Assembly (NCBI GenBank): GCA_035461105.1
Contig: DATHVV010000063.1
Span: forward strand, 46,446-110,445
Reading direction: 5' to 3'
Origin: Longimicrobiales bacterium
GTDB taxonomy: Bacteria > Gemmatimonadota > Gemmatimonadetes > Longimicrobiales > RSA9
Length of the DNA: 64,000 nucleotides
Every line of letters begins with the position of its first letter. The stretch's first letter is position 1. Positions 10,790 through 21,057 of the stretch are shown piece after piece. A program made the position numbers and the translations under genes. Under the pieces are notes generated by a model. It worked only from the letters and a program-made list of their open reading frames with translations. It did not search any database and was not told where the DNA came from.

Positions 10790-11533
10790 ATGCCCATGAA
10801 CGCCGAGCTGGTCCTGGTCGATTTCGACGATACGCTGGTCGCCACCGCTCCGCGCTTCGAGGCTGCCCGCCGCCGCCTGTTCGAGCGGCTGCGCGAGTGC
10901 GGTCACGAGGAGCGGCTGGTCCGGACGCTGCACCACGAGATCATCGACCCGCCCATGCGGGCCCGCTACGGATTCGGCCCGCGCCGGCTGGCCCATGCCT
11001 TCCGGGCCACCTACGAGGCGCTCTGCGCCCAGCGCGGCGAGGCGCCGGACGCGGCGCTGGCGCGCGAGTGCGAGGAGCTCGGCCGCTCCGTGCTGGGCGC
11101 ACCCCCGGCGGTGGACGGCGCCCTGGAGGCGCTCGCCCGCCTGGCCGCGCGGCTGCCGACCGCGCTCTACACCCAGGCCGGCGACCCCGACTACCAGCTC
11201 GAGTGCGTGCGTGCGGCCGGTGTGCTCGAGGTGCTCACGCCGGAGCGCGTCCACATCTGCGCGCACAAGACCACGGAGGCGTTCGCGCTGGTGCTGGACC
11301 GATTCCGGGTGCGCGACCCTGGGGCCGTGTGGATGATCGGCAACAGCATCCGCAGCGACGTCAATCCCGCCCTGGAGCTCGGCGCCAACGCGATCCTCGT
11401 GGAAATCGAGGATCCCTGGACCTACGACGTCGTCGAGCCCGTCCGGAACGGCTTCGTGCGCGTGTCGTCATTCGCCGCGGCGGTCGACCTGCTGCTCGGC
11501 GGGAGCCGGCGCCCGGCCCGGTCCCGGAGCTGA
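10790..11533 (+). CDS. HAD-superfamily hydrolase
   Basis: ORF 10388..11533 trimmed to [17 protein letters not shown] (ATG at 10790). Contains the DxDxT motif I and a later GNSIRSDV motif. Confidence 0.75.
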   Translation: MPMNAELVLVDFDDTLVATAPRFEAARRRLFERLRECGHEERLVRTLHHEIIDPPMRARYGFGPRRLAHAFRATYEALCAQRGEAPDAALARECEELGRSVLGAPPAVDGALEALARLAARLPTALYTQAGDPDYQLECVRAAGVLEVLTPERVHICAHKTTEAFALVLDRFRVRDPGAVWMIGNSIRSDVNPALELGANAILVEIEDPWTYDVVEPVRNGFVRVSSFAAAVDLLLGGSRRPARSRS

Positions 11534-11547
11534 CCGTGATCCCGGAC

Positions 11548-11985
11548 ATGAGTGACGAAGGCCTGCTGCGCGTCGATGAGTCGCTCGCGATTCCGCGCAC
11601 CGAGCTGGAATACCGTGCGACCCGCTCCGGCGGTCCCGGCGGCCAGCACGTCAATACCTCGAGCACCCGCATCGAGCTGACCTGGAACGTGCGCGAGTCG
11701 GCCGCGCTCGACGAGGCGCAGCGGGCCCGCATCATGGAGAAGCTGGCCAGCCGCATCGATGCGAACGGGGTGCTGCGTATCGTGGCCGCGAACAGCCGCA
11801 GCCAGCACCAGAACCGGGAGACCGCGACCACGCGCCTGGCCGAAACCGTCGCGCGCGCGCTGCGCGTGCCGAAGCCGCGCCGGCGCACGAAGACGCCGCG
11901 GGCGGTGAAGGAGGCGCGGCTGCAGGAGAAGAAGCGGCGCTCGCGCGTCAAGCAGGACCGGGGGCCGGTGCGCCCCGACGAGTGA
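11548..11985 (+). CDS. arfB: alternative ribosome-rescue factor ArfB (peptidyl-tRNA hydrolase, GGQ)
   Basis: Only the last 145 aa of ORF 10681..11985 are used. SGGPGGQHVNTSSTRIEL carries the GGQ motif, followed by a basic C-terminal tail (KPRRRTKTPRAVKEARLQEKKRRS). Confidence 0.85.
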   Translation: MSDEGLLRVDESLAIPRTELEYRATRSGGPGGQHVNTSSTRIELTWNVRESAALDEAQRARIMEKLASRIDANGVLRIVAANSRSQHQNRETATTRLAETVARALRVPKPRRRTKTPRAVKEARLQEKKRRSRVKQDRGPVRPDE

Positions 11986-12000
11986 CGCACCGGTGCCGGC

Positions 12001-13950
12001 TCAGCGCATGACCGGCAGGACCACGCGTGAACGTTGCTCGACCGAGCGATACACGCGCTGCGTCGTCGCCTCGAAGTCCGTGTCGCTCGCACTCCAGATA
12101 TCCATGAAGCGACCCGGGTTGCGGTCGATCATGGGGAACCACGTGCTCTGCACCTGCACCATGATCCGGTGACCGGCGGCGAACGTGTGGAAGACGTCGT
12201 TCAGCGTGAGGCGCAACGGCGTGGCGGCACCGGGCGTGAACGGCTCGGGCGTGCTCATCGAGTTGCGGAACTTGCCACGCAGGACATCGCCGCGGACCAG
12301 CATCTGGTAGCCGCCCGTGCGCGCGCGGTTCGCCGGCGGACCGCCGGTCCCGCTGTCCGGAAGCACGTCGATCACCTTCACGATCCAGTCGGCGTCGGTT
12401 CCTGACGTGGCGACGATCAGCTCGACCTCGATCGGGCCGGCCACGGTCAGGTCACGCGCCAGTGGCTCCGTGCGGTAGACCAGCACGTCCGGCCGGCGCG
12501 CCGCGAAGCGCTGGTCCTCGACCATGAAGCCCGGATTGTACCAGTGGCGGTACTCGGCGGTATACGGCACCGGCTTCGAAGGATCGCTCGTGTACTCGTC
12601 GAACGTGCCGGGAGTCTCCGTGGGCGGCTCCGGGCCGAGCGTGCCGCCGGCGCCCAGGTAGAACGCCATGGGCGTAGTGCCGCGCGGCGGCCACGCAGGG
12701 ACGAAGTGCCAGCGGTTCGCGCCCGTCTCGAACACGGCCGCCTCGAACTCGCGCGGGGCGTTCGTGCCGAGCAGGTGGTGATGGAAGAACGGCGCCTCGA
12801 TGCTGTCATTGTAGAATACCGAGGTCAGCGAGCCCCAGCCGACCGCGCCCAGCGAGTCGCCGCGGGTGCCATTCCACTGCCCGTGCGACCACGGTCCCAT
12901 CACCAGCCGATTCGAGGCGCCCGGACTCTGCCGTTCCGCCGCGGCGTAGGCGTTGAGCGCGCCCCACAGGTTCTCGGTATCGAACCAGCCGCCCACCCAG
13001 AGCATCGCCGGCTGCAGGTCGCGCAGCCACGGCCGTGCGCTCCGGGCCTGCCAGAACGAATCCCAGGTCGGGTGTCGCGACAGCTCATTCCAGAATCCGA
13101 TGCTGTCGTGGAAGAACCGCGGGTTGGCGTTCGCGAGCGCGCCCAGTCGCTCGAGGAAGAACTCGTACCCGTCGGGCGTGCCATGGTCGATGCGCGGTGT
13201 GAACTCCGTGGTCGGCTGCGGCCGCGCCCGGCCGAAGCTGGAGAAGAAGTCGAACGCGTGCGGTAGCAGCAGCGCCCCGCCGTGCAGGAAATCGTCACCG
13301 CCCATCCACTCGGTCACCGGCGCCTGCGGCGAGACCGCCCTTACGGCCGGGTGCGCATCGATCGCGGCCATCGAGGCGTAGAAGCCGGGATAGGACGTGC
13401 CGCGGACGCCCACCCGGCCGTTGTTGCCGGGCACGTTGTGGATGAGCCACTCGACCGTGTCCCACGCGTCGCTGGCCTCATCCACGTCCGCGCTCGAGCG
13501 CTTGTGCTCGATGTAGGGCCGCACGTCCGTGAACTCGCCCTCCGAGAGGTACCGCCCGCGCACGTCCTGGATCACGAATATGTACCCGTGGCGCAGGTAC
13601 GACCTCCAGGCCGGAAGATCCGAGTTGCGGAAGAAGCCGGGGAACTGGTCCTCCCCGTAGGGGCCCGAGCTGTACGGCGTGCGCATCATCAGGATCGGGT
13701 GCCGCGCCGCCGTGTCCCGCGGCGCGTAGACCGCCGTGAACAGCCGGACCCCGTCGCGCATCGGGATCATGACCTCCCGCTTCGTGTAGCGCGGCGTGTA
13801 ATCGGTTGCGGTCTGCTCCGGGGCGACCGGCGCGGCCGCGGGCGGTGGCCCGGCTGCCTGCGGCGCGGCTGCGGCCCGCTCCGGCCCAGCCTGCGGTGCA
13901 GTGGCGCACGACAGGAAAAGCAACCCGGTCAGCGGCAGCGCGAATCTCAT
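12001..13950 (-). CDS. CocE/NonD-family (S15, X-Pro dipeptidyl-peptidase-like) hydrolase, secreted
   Basis: ORF trimmed to MRFALPLTGLLFLSCA (ATG at 13950). Blocks: MIPMRDGVRLFTAVYAP, GTSYPGFY nucleophile elbow, and a C-terminal jelly-roll region typical of the family. Confidence 0.8.
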   Translation of the reverse strand: MRFALPLTGLLFLSCATAPQAGPERAAAAPQAAGPPPAAAPVAPEQTATDYTPRYTKREVMIPMRDGVRLFTAVYAPRDTAARHPILMMRTPYSSGPYGEDQFPGFFRNSDLPAWRSYLRHGYIFVIQDVRGRYLSEGEFTDVRPYIEHKRSSADVDEASDAWDTVEWLIHNVPGNNGRVGVRGTSYPGFYASMAAIDAHPAVRAVSPQAPVTEWMGGDDFLHGGALLLPHAFDFFSSFGRARPQPTTEFTPRIDHGTPDGYEFFLERLGALANANPRFFHDSIGFWNELSRHPTWDSFWQARSARPWLRDLQPAMLWVGGWFDTENLWGALNAYAAAERQSPGASNRLVMGPWSHGQWNGTRGDSLGAVGWGSLTSVFYNDSIEAPFFHHHLLGTNAPREFEAAVFETGANRWHFVPAWPPRGTTPMAFYLGAGGTLGPEPPTETPGTFDEYTSDPSKPVPYTAEYRHWYNPGFMVEDQRFAARRPDVLVYRTEPLARDLTVAGPIEVELIVATSGTDADWIVKVIDVLPDSGTGGPPANRARTGGYQMLVRGDVLRGKFRNSMSTPEPFTPGAATPLRLTLNDVFHTFAAGHRIMVQVQSTWFPMIDRNPGRFMDIWSASDTDFEATTQRVYRSVEQRSRVVLPVMR

Positions 13951-14033
13951 GAGTTCTCTCCCGGGACGGGACCAGAAAAAAAGGGCCGGACGGTCACCGC
14001 GACCGCCCGGCCCGTTCCCGAACCTGCAATCTG

Positions 14034-15380
<1,347 letters not shown>

Positions 15381-15665
15381 GAGATCGCCTCCTCGGCGCC
15401 TTGAGCGGGCAAGAGTGCTGGTGAGTGGCGGCCCGTTCCGGGGGCGCCAGGGCCGGCGCGCCCGGGGGGCGTACGGACTGTCCCTACGTTGCGCCGGGGG
15501 CAAGCTCGCGCGCAACCCGGCTTTCCCCCACCACGTGTAAGGATAACAGACTGCAGGGTCGGCTCACCGCGAGCGGTGGCGCAGTCCGGCGCATCCCGGT
15601 CAGCTGGGTCGGGCGGACCCACCGGCGCGCACGAGCGAACGGCGGCCCGGCGACTCGAGTTGCGC

Positions 15666-16769
15666 TCAGGTCGCGGGCATCACCGCCCCGGCGCCGACGT
15701 CGGCGAAGCGCGGCACGCCGATCAGGGCGAGCGTGCGGGCGATCTCGGCGCGCAGCACCTCGAGCACGTGCCGCACGCCCGGCTCCCCGGCCAGGCTCAG
15801 GCCCCACAGGTAGGGCCGGCCGATCAGCACCGCGTCCGCGCCCAGCGCGCGGGCCTTCACCACGTCGCTGCCGCGGCGTACGCCGCCGTCGAGCAGCACC
15901 GGCAGGCGGCCCGCCACGGCCGCCGCGATCTCCGGCAGCACCGCGAGCGTGGGCGGCGCGCAGCCGAGCTGCCGACCGCCGTGGTTGGAGACGATGATGC
16001 CGGCCGCGCCCCGGTCCACGCAGAGGCTTGCGTCCTCCGCGGTGAGTACGCCCTTCACGACCACCGGCAGGTCCGACACGCCGGCCAGCCAGTCCAGGAA
16101 GCTCCAGGTGAGCGTCGGGTCGAACTCGCGGGCGATGAAGCGGTCCAGGCCCGAGCCGGCGGTGAGCGGCAGGGCGTGCTGCGGCATGCCGCGGAAATTC
16201 GCGATCTCGACTTCGGGGGGCAGGTGGAACTGGTTGCGCGCGTCGCGCGTGCGGTTCCCCTGCACGGGCACGTCGACGGTAATGCACAGGGCGCGGCAGC
16301 CGGCGTCGCGGGCGCGCAGCACCAGGTCGCCGGTGAGGGCGCGGTCGCGCAGCACGTACAGCTGGAACCAGAGCGGCCCGGCGCTCGCCGCCGCCACGTC
16401 CTCGATGGCGGTGGTCGCGAGCGTGCTGAGCACCGGGATCGTGCCGAGCGTGTGCGCGGCCCGGGTGCTCGCGCGCTCGCCCTCGGGGTGGGCCAGGCAC
16501 TGGAATGCCGCGGGCGCGAGCAGCACGGGGAAGGCGACGTCGTCTCCGAGCAGCCGCACGCGCGTATCGATCGCACTCACGTCGACGAGCACCCGCGGCC
16601 GGAGCCACCAGCGGTCGAACGCGCTGCGGTTGGTGCGCAGCGCCGCCTCCTCGTCGGCACCGCCCGCGTAGTAATCGAAGATGGCGCGAGGCAGGCGCTC
16701 GCCGGCGAGGGCCTCGCAGCTGTCCAGGTCGCGCGGGAGCCCGCGCTGGCCGTCGATTTCCACGCTCAA
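15666..16769 (-). CDS. FMN-dependent alpha-hydroxy-acid dehydrogenase/oxidase (LldD / glycolate oxidase family)
   Basis: C-terminal 367 aa of ORF 15666..17963. Blocks: FDYYAGGADEE, WFQLY, VSNHGGRQL, GRPYLWGL. There is no in-frame ATG, so the start is TTG at 16769 or GTG at 16763, 20 nt after the MATE stop. Confidence 0.8.
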   Translation of the reverse strand: MSVEIDGQRGLPRDLDSCEALAGERLPRAIFDYYAGGADEEAALRTNRSAFDRWWLRPRVLVDVSAIDTRVRLLGDDVAFPVLLAPAAFQCLAHPEGERASTRAAHTLGTIPVLSTLATTAIEDVAAASAGPLWFQLYVLRDRALTGDLVLRARDAGCRALCITVDVPVQGNRTRDARNQFHLPPEVEIANFRGMPQHALPLTAGSGLDRFIAREFDPTLTWSFLDWLAGVSDLPVVVKGVLTAEDASLCVDRGAAGIIVSNHGGRQLGCAPPTLAVLPEIAAAVAGRLPVLLDGGVRRGSDVVKARALGADAVLIGRPYLWGLSLAGEPGVRHVLEVLRAEIARTLALIGVPRFADVGAGAVMPAT

Positions 16770-16789
16770 GGTCTCATTTCCCGTCCGGG

Positions 16790-18184
16790 TCACGCTTCGA
16801 TGATGCCGAGCGCACCGCGTCCGCGCCACAGGCGCTGGCGCACGCGAATGGCCAGCATCAACGCGACCGCGGCGAGGCCGGCGGAGAGCCCGATCCAGAC
16901 GCCGACCGGCCCGAGCGCGGTGCGGAACGCGAGCAGGTACGCCACCGGCACCCCGAGCGCCCAGTACCCGACGCCGGCGATCAGCATCGGCCCGCGCGTG
17001 TCCGCGGTACCCCGCAGCACGGAGAAGCCGGCCACCTGAGCGCCGTCGAACACCTGGAACGCGGCCGCCACCAGCAGCAGGCTCGTCCCGGTCGCCAGGA
17101 TCCCGGGATCGTCGGTGTAGAGGCCGATCAGGCCGGCGGGGGCGACCACGAACGCGAGCGCACAGAGCGCCATGAACCCGACCGCGAGGAGATAGGTCGC
17201 GATCGCCGCGCGGTGGATCGCGCGCGGGCGCCGCGCGCCCACGTGCTGCCCGACCCGGATCGAGCCGGCGATACTCACGCCCAGCGCGACCATGAACGTG
17301 GTCGCGGCGATGTTGATGGTGACCTGGTGCGCGGCCAGCTCCACGGGACCGAGCCACCCCATCATGATCGCGGCGAACGAGAACAGGCCGACCTCCAGGC
17401 CGAACTGCGCGCCGACCGGGCCGCCCACCCGCGCCATGGTGGCGAGCAGGACGCGGTCCACGTGGACGCGCACGCCGCGCAGCGGCTGCAGCTCGCGGTG
17501 CGTCAGCACCCATCCCAGCATGCCGGCGAGCATCGCCCAGCGCACCAGCGTCGTCGCCCAGCCCGTCCCCACCACCCCCATCGCGGGCACCCAGCCCGGC
17601 ACGCCGTAAATGAAGATCCGGTTGGCCACGACGTTCAGCACGAGACCGCCGAACGTGAGCACCATGGCAGGCTTCGAGCGGCCCATCCCCTCCAGGTACT
17701 GGCGCAGCACCAGAAACAGGAACAGTGGAGGGATGCCCGCCGTCAGTGCCCGCATGTACCCGCCCGCGAGCACCGTCACACCCCGGTCCTGCCCGAGCGC
17801 CCGGGTCAGCTCCTCGCCGAGCAGGCTCACGTACATCACCGGCAGGCTCAGCAGCAGCGCCAGCCAGAAGCCCTGGACCAGCACCTGCCGGCACCGCCGC
17901 AGGTCGCCCGCCCCGTACGCCTGGCTCACCAGCGGGGCCATGCCCAGGATCACCCCCGTGCATACCAGCGTGGTGAAGGTGTGCAGCGCACTGCCCACCC
18001 CCACCGCCGCGAGCGGGCGCGCTCCCAGCGGCCCGACCATGATCGTGTCCGCCGTGCTCATCCCGACGTGGCCCAGCTGGCTCGCGACGATCGGACCGGC
18101 CAGCGCGAGCAGCGCCCGCAGCTCGTGGAGCAGGAGGCGCGCCGGCCGGCGCGGCGGGTGCGCGGTTCTCCCCGGGGAACGCAT
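16790..18184 (-). CDS. MATE-family efflux transporter
   Basis: 464 aa and about 12 predicted TM helices. N-terminus LLALAGPIVASQLGHVGMSTADTIMVGPLG is typical of NorM/DinF-type MATE pumps. Confidence 0.85.
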   Translation of the reverse strand: MRSPGRTAHPPRRPARLLLHELRALLALAGPIVASQLGHVGMSTADTIMVGPLGARPLAAVGVGSALHTFTTLVCTGVILGMAPLVSQAYGAGDLRRCRQVLVQGFWLALLLSLPVMYVSLLGEELTRALGQDRGVTVLAGGYMRALTAGIPPLFLFLVLRQYLEGMGRSKPAMVLTFGGLVLNVVANRIFIYGVPGWVPAMGVVGTGWATTLVRWAMLAGMLGWVLTHRELQPLRGVRVHVDRVLLATMARVGGPVGAQFGLEVGLFSFAAIMMGWLGPVELAAHQVTINIAATTFMVALGVSIAGSIRVGQHVGARRPRAIHRAAIATYLLAVGFMALCALAFVVAPAGLIGLYTDDPGILATGTSLLLVAAAFQVFDGAQVAGFSVLRGTADTRGPMLIAGVGYWALGVPVAYLLAFRTALGPVGVWIGLSAGLAAVALMLAIRVRQRLWRGRGALGIIEA

Positions 18185-18201
18185 GACGTTACCCGGGCGC
18201 C

Positions 18202-18828
18202 ATGTTAGATTCAGGGGCGACCGGCCTCTCCAACCCTGCTGTCCCCATGACCCTGCTCTTCTGGATCGCGCTCGTGCTCGGCGGTGGTCTCGCCCTGCTC
18301 TCCATGCTCGGCGACGTCTTCGGTGACGTTTTCGGGCATCCGGCCGAGGGCGACATCGATCATGACGGCCTGCACATCATCTCGCTGCGCAGCGGCACCT
18401 ACTTCCTGTTCGCGTTCGGCGCGGTCGGGGTGCTGCTCGACTGGGCCTGGGATGGGCGGCTCACTCTCATGGCCATGCTGGCGGCCCTCGCCACCGGCGC
18501 AGGGGCCGCGCTGTTCAGCGCCTACGTATTCCGCTGGGTGCGCCGGACCGACAGCGGTGCCATGCCGGACGATCGCACGCTCACCGGCCTGGCCGGCGAG
18601 GTGGTGCTGCCGCTCCGGCAGGGCAGCGGCAAGATCGTGGTGCGGCGGGGCGGCCGCGAGTACGAGCTGATGGCCCGGCCGTTCGGCGAAGCGGAGAGCG
18701 CGGAGACGTGGACGAGGGTCGTCGTCGTGGACGTCGTGGACGGAACCGCCCTGGTGAGTCCGTACGGCGAGCTGGAAACCGATCTCCTGCCACCCTCGAA
18801 CCCTTCGCGTGGAGCTGCACATGAATGA
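18202..18828 (+). CDS. NfeD-family membrane protein (flotillin partner)
   Basis: N-terminal TM helices plus a C-terminal OB-like NfeD domain (GLAGEVVLPLRQGSGKIVVRRGGREYELMA). Its stop overlaps the flotillin start. The true start could be the ATG at 18247. Confidence 0.7.
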   Translation: MLDSGATGLSNPAVPMTLLFWIALVLGGGLALLSMLGDVFGDVFGHPAEGDIDHDGLHIISLRSGTYFLFAFGAVGVLLDWAWDGRLTLMAMLAALATGAGAALFSAYVFRWVRRTDSGAMPDDRTLTGLAGEVVLPLRQGSGKIVVRRGGREYELMARPFGEAESAETWTRVVVVDVVDGTALVSPYGELETDLLPPSNPSRGAAHE

Positions 18829-20308
18829 GCTGGGCATGATCATCGGGGGTGTCGCCCTCGCCGTCATCTTCCTCGCGCTCTACACCATCAACCGGCTGAT
18901 CATCATCGTGCCGCCGAACATGGCGGCGGCGATCACCGGCCGCGAGCGCGCGCTCGAGGACGGCTCGTCGGTCGGCTACCGCACCGTGACCGGCGGGCGC
19001 ACGCTGCGCATTCCGATGCTCGAGAAGGTACAGTGGCTCTCGCTGGGCACGATCCCGCTCGAGATCAACGTCACCGATGCCTACTCGCGCGGCAACATTC
19101 CGCTCGCGGTGCAGGCGATCGCGAACGTGAAGATCGCATCGGCGCCCGAGTCGGTCTTCAACAACGCCGTGGAGCGACTGCTCGGCAAGGACCAGGCGGA
19201 AATCGAGCGTCTCGCGCGCGAGACGCTCACCGGCAACCTGCGCGGCGTGCTCGCCAAGCTCACCCCGGAAGAGGTGAACGAGGACCGGCTCGGCTTCGCG
19301 CGGCACCTCTCCGAGGAGGCGGATCACGACCTGAAGAAGCTCGGCCTGCAGCTCGACGTGCTGAAGATCCAGCACGTGAGCGACAAGGTGGGCTACCTGC
19401 AGGCGATCGGCGAGAAGGCGACGGCCGAAGCGCTGCGTGATGCCGAGATCGCGAAGGCGGATGCGCTCGCCGAGACGCGCCAGAAGCAGGCCGAGGCGAA
19501 GCAGCGTGCGGAGGTCGCTTCCGCGTACGCGGAAGCGGAGATCAAGAAGCAGCAGGCGGAGGCGCGTCGCCTGGCCGCCGTGGCGGAGGCCCAGGCGGAG
19601 GCGAACATCAAGCAGGAGCAGGCGGGCGCGCGCCGGCTCGCCGAGATCGCCGATGCCGAGGCCGGGGCGCAGATCAAGCAGCAGCAGGCGGCGGCCCGCA
19701 AGCTGGCCGAGGTGGCCCAGGCGCAGGCGGACGTGAGCATCTCCGAGGCGAAGAACGTCCTGCGCGTGCGCCAGGCCGAGCTGAACCGCGAGGCGGAGAC
19801 GGCGGAGAAGGTGGCGCGCGCTTCCGCCGAGCGTGCCGAGGCCGAGGCGAAGACCGAGACCGAGCTGCAGCGCGTCGAGCTGGAGAAGACTCGCCTGCAG
19901 GCCGACGTGGTGCAGCCGGCCGAGGCCGCACGCCTGGCCGCCGAGGCCGATGCCCGCGCGATCGCCGCGCCCATCCTGGAGAAGGGTCGCGCCCAGGCCG
20001 CCGTGCTCAACCTGCTCTACGAGCAGATCCAGCAGGGCGGCGCCGCGGGGCTGCAGGTCTTCCTCGCGGAAAAGCTGCCGGCACTGCTGGGCGTCACCGT
20101 CGATGCCATGAAGGACATCAGCATTGACCGGCTCACCGTGATCGACAGCGGCGATGGGAAGGGCGTCGCGAACGCGGCGACCCAGAAGGTGAACGCGTCC
20201 CTCGCCGCGCTCGAGCAGGTCGCCGGCGCCATGGGGCTGGACCTGGAGGACTTCCTGCAGCGGCTCAAGCGGACGAGTCTGCCGGCAGAAACGACGGTCA
20301 AGCTGTAG
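18809..20308 (+). CDS. flotillin / SPFH (band-7) domain protein
   Basis: N-terminal TM anchor, SPFH domain, then long Ala/Glu-rich coiled-coil repeats. The alternative start is ATG at 18821 (MNELGMII). Confidence 0.85.
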   Translation: MELHMNELGMIIGGVALAVIFLALYTINRLIIIVPPNMAAAITGRERALEDGSSVGYRTVTGGRTLRIPMLEKVQWLSLGTIPLEINVTDAYSRGNIPLAVQAIANVKIASAPESVFNNAVERLLGKDQAEIERLARETLTGNLRGVLAKLTPEEVNEDRLGFARHLSEEADHDLKKLGLQLDVLKIQHVSDKVGYLQAIGEKATAEALRDAEIAKADALAETRQKQAEAKQRAEVASAYAEAEIKKQQAEARRLAAVAEAQAEANIKQEQAGARRLAEIADAEAGAQIKQQQAAARKLAEVAQAQADVSISEAKNVLRVRQAELNREAETAEKVARASAERAEAEAKTETELQRVELEKTRLQADVVQPAEAARLAAEADARAIAAPILEKGRAQAAVLNLLYEQIQQGGAAGLQVFLAEKLPALLGVTVDAMKDISIDRLTVIDSGDGKGVANAATQKVNASLAALEQVAGAMGLDLEDFLQRLKRTSLPAETTVKL

Positions 20309-20376
20309 GGGAGGGGCGAGGGCGAGGGCGAGGGGGTGGAGGGAATCTCGCTCTCTGCCCTTCTCTCGCCCTCGTC
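20309..20376. repeat. G-tract array (GGGGAGGGGCGAGGGCGAGGGCGAGGGGGTGGAGGG) facing a C-rich arm (CTCTCGCCCTCG); fills the spacer between the convergent flotillin and DtxR genes
   Basis: Read directly: three tandem GGGCGA hexamers, with CGAGGGCGAG and CTCGCCCTCG complementary. It may act as a bidirectional terminator. Confidence 0.5.
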
Positions 20377-21057
20377 CTAGCCACCGCCCTCCCCTTCCGG
20401 CTCGACTCGCACCTTCCCCGCCAGCCCGGTACCGATCGCGCACTCGCTCTGGCCGACGCGGAGCCGTACCGGCCCACTGAAGGGTGCGCGCTCCAGCACG
20501 CACACGCGCGCTCCCGGCACCAGCTCCAGCTCCGCGAAATAGCGCAGCGCCTCGGCGTCCTCGTCCGGTACCCGGCGCAGCACGGCGGGCTGGCCGATCT
20601 CGATATCAAGCAGCGTGGGCAGCTCGACCTCGTGCAGCTCCCCGCCGGCGGTCGGGATCGGGGCGCCGTGCGGGTCCTCGTCGGGCTCGCCGAGCACGCG
20701 TGCCATGCGGTCGATCAGCTCCGCGGACACCGCGTGCTCGAGACGTTCCGCCTCGTCGTGCACGCAGTCCCACGAGTAGCCGAGCACCCGCACGAGAAAC
20801 AGCTCGAGCACGCGGTGGTGGCGGATCGTGCGCACCGCGGTGGCGTCGCCCGCGGCGGTGAGGCGCGCGCCGTAATAGCGGGTATGCTCGACGAGACCCT
20901 GCTCGGCGAGCCGTTTCAGCATGCCGGTCACCGAACCGGGCGCGACCCCGAGCCGCTCGGCGAGCGCCGAGGTGCTGACCGGCGCGCCCTGGCCCGACAG
21001 CTGGTGGATCGCCTTGAGGTAGTCCTCGACCGCGGGGGTGGTCATGCCTCCTGCCAC
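20377..21057 (-). CDS. DtxR/MntR-family metal-dependent transcriptional repressor with C-terminal FeoA/SH3-like domain
   Basis: VEDYLKAIHQL...TSALAERLGVAPGSVTGMLKRLAEQGLV wHTH, a dimerisation/metal-binding region (HDEAERLEH), and a FeoA-like tail. It overlaps the upstream permease stop. The start is ATG at 21057 or 21045. Confidence 0.85.
   Translation of the reverse strand: MAGGMTTPAVEDYLKAIHQLSGQGAPVSTSALAERLGVAPGSVTGMLKRLAEQGLVEHTRYYGARLTAAGDATAVRTIRHHRVLELFLVRVLGYSWDCVHDEAERLEHAVSAELIDRMARVLGEPDEDPHGAPIPTAGGELHEVELPTLLDIEIGQPAVLRRVPDEDAEALRYFAELELVPGARVCVLERAPFSGPVRLRVGQSECAIGTGLAGKVRVEPEGEGGG

Noticed and set aside
11987-11996. Perfect 10-bp palindrome GCACCGGTGC between the convergent arfB and S15 hydrolase genes
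   Set aside because: It is too short and has no loop, so it cannot be a meaningful hairpin. It may be a restriction-type palindrome occurring by chance in GC-rich DNA.
15489-18208. Plus-strand ORFs 15489..17039 and 16505..18208 opposite the dehydrogenase and MATE genes
   Set aside because: Both are shadow frames. The minus-strand products show SNHGGRQL and a 12-TM MATE pattern.
19535-19732. 66-bp tandem repeats considered as a possible CRISPR or satellite array
   Set aside because: They lie in frame inside the flotillin coiled-coil region, have no unique spacers, and encode the protein's EA-rich repeats.
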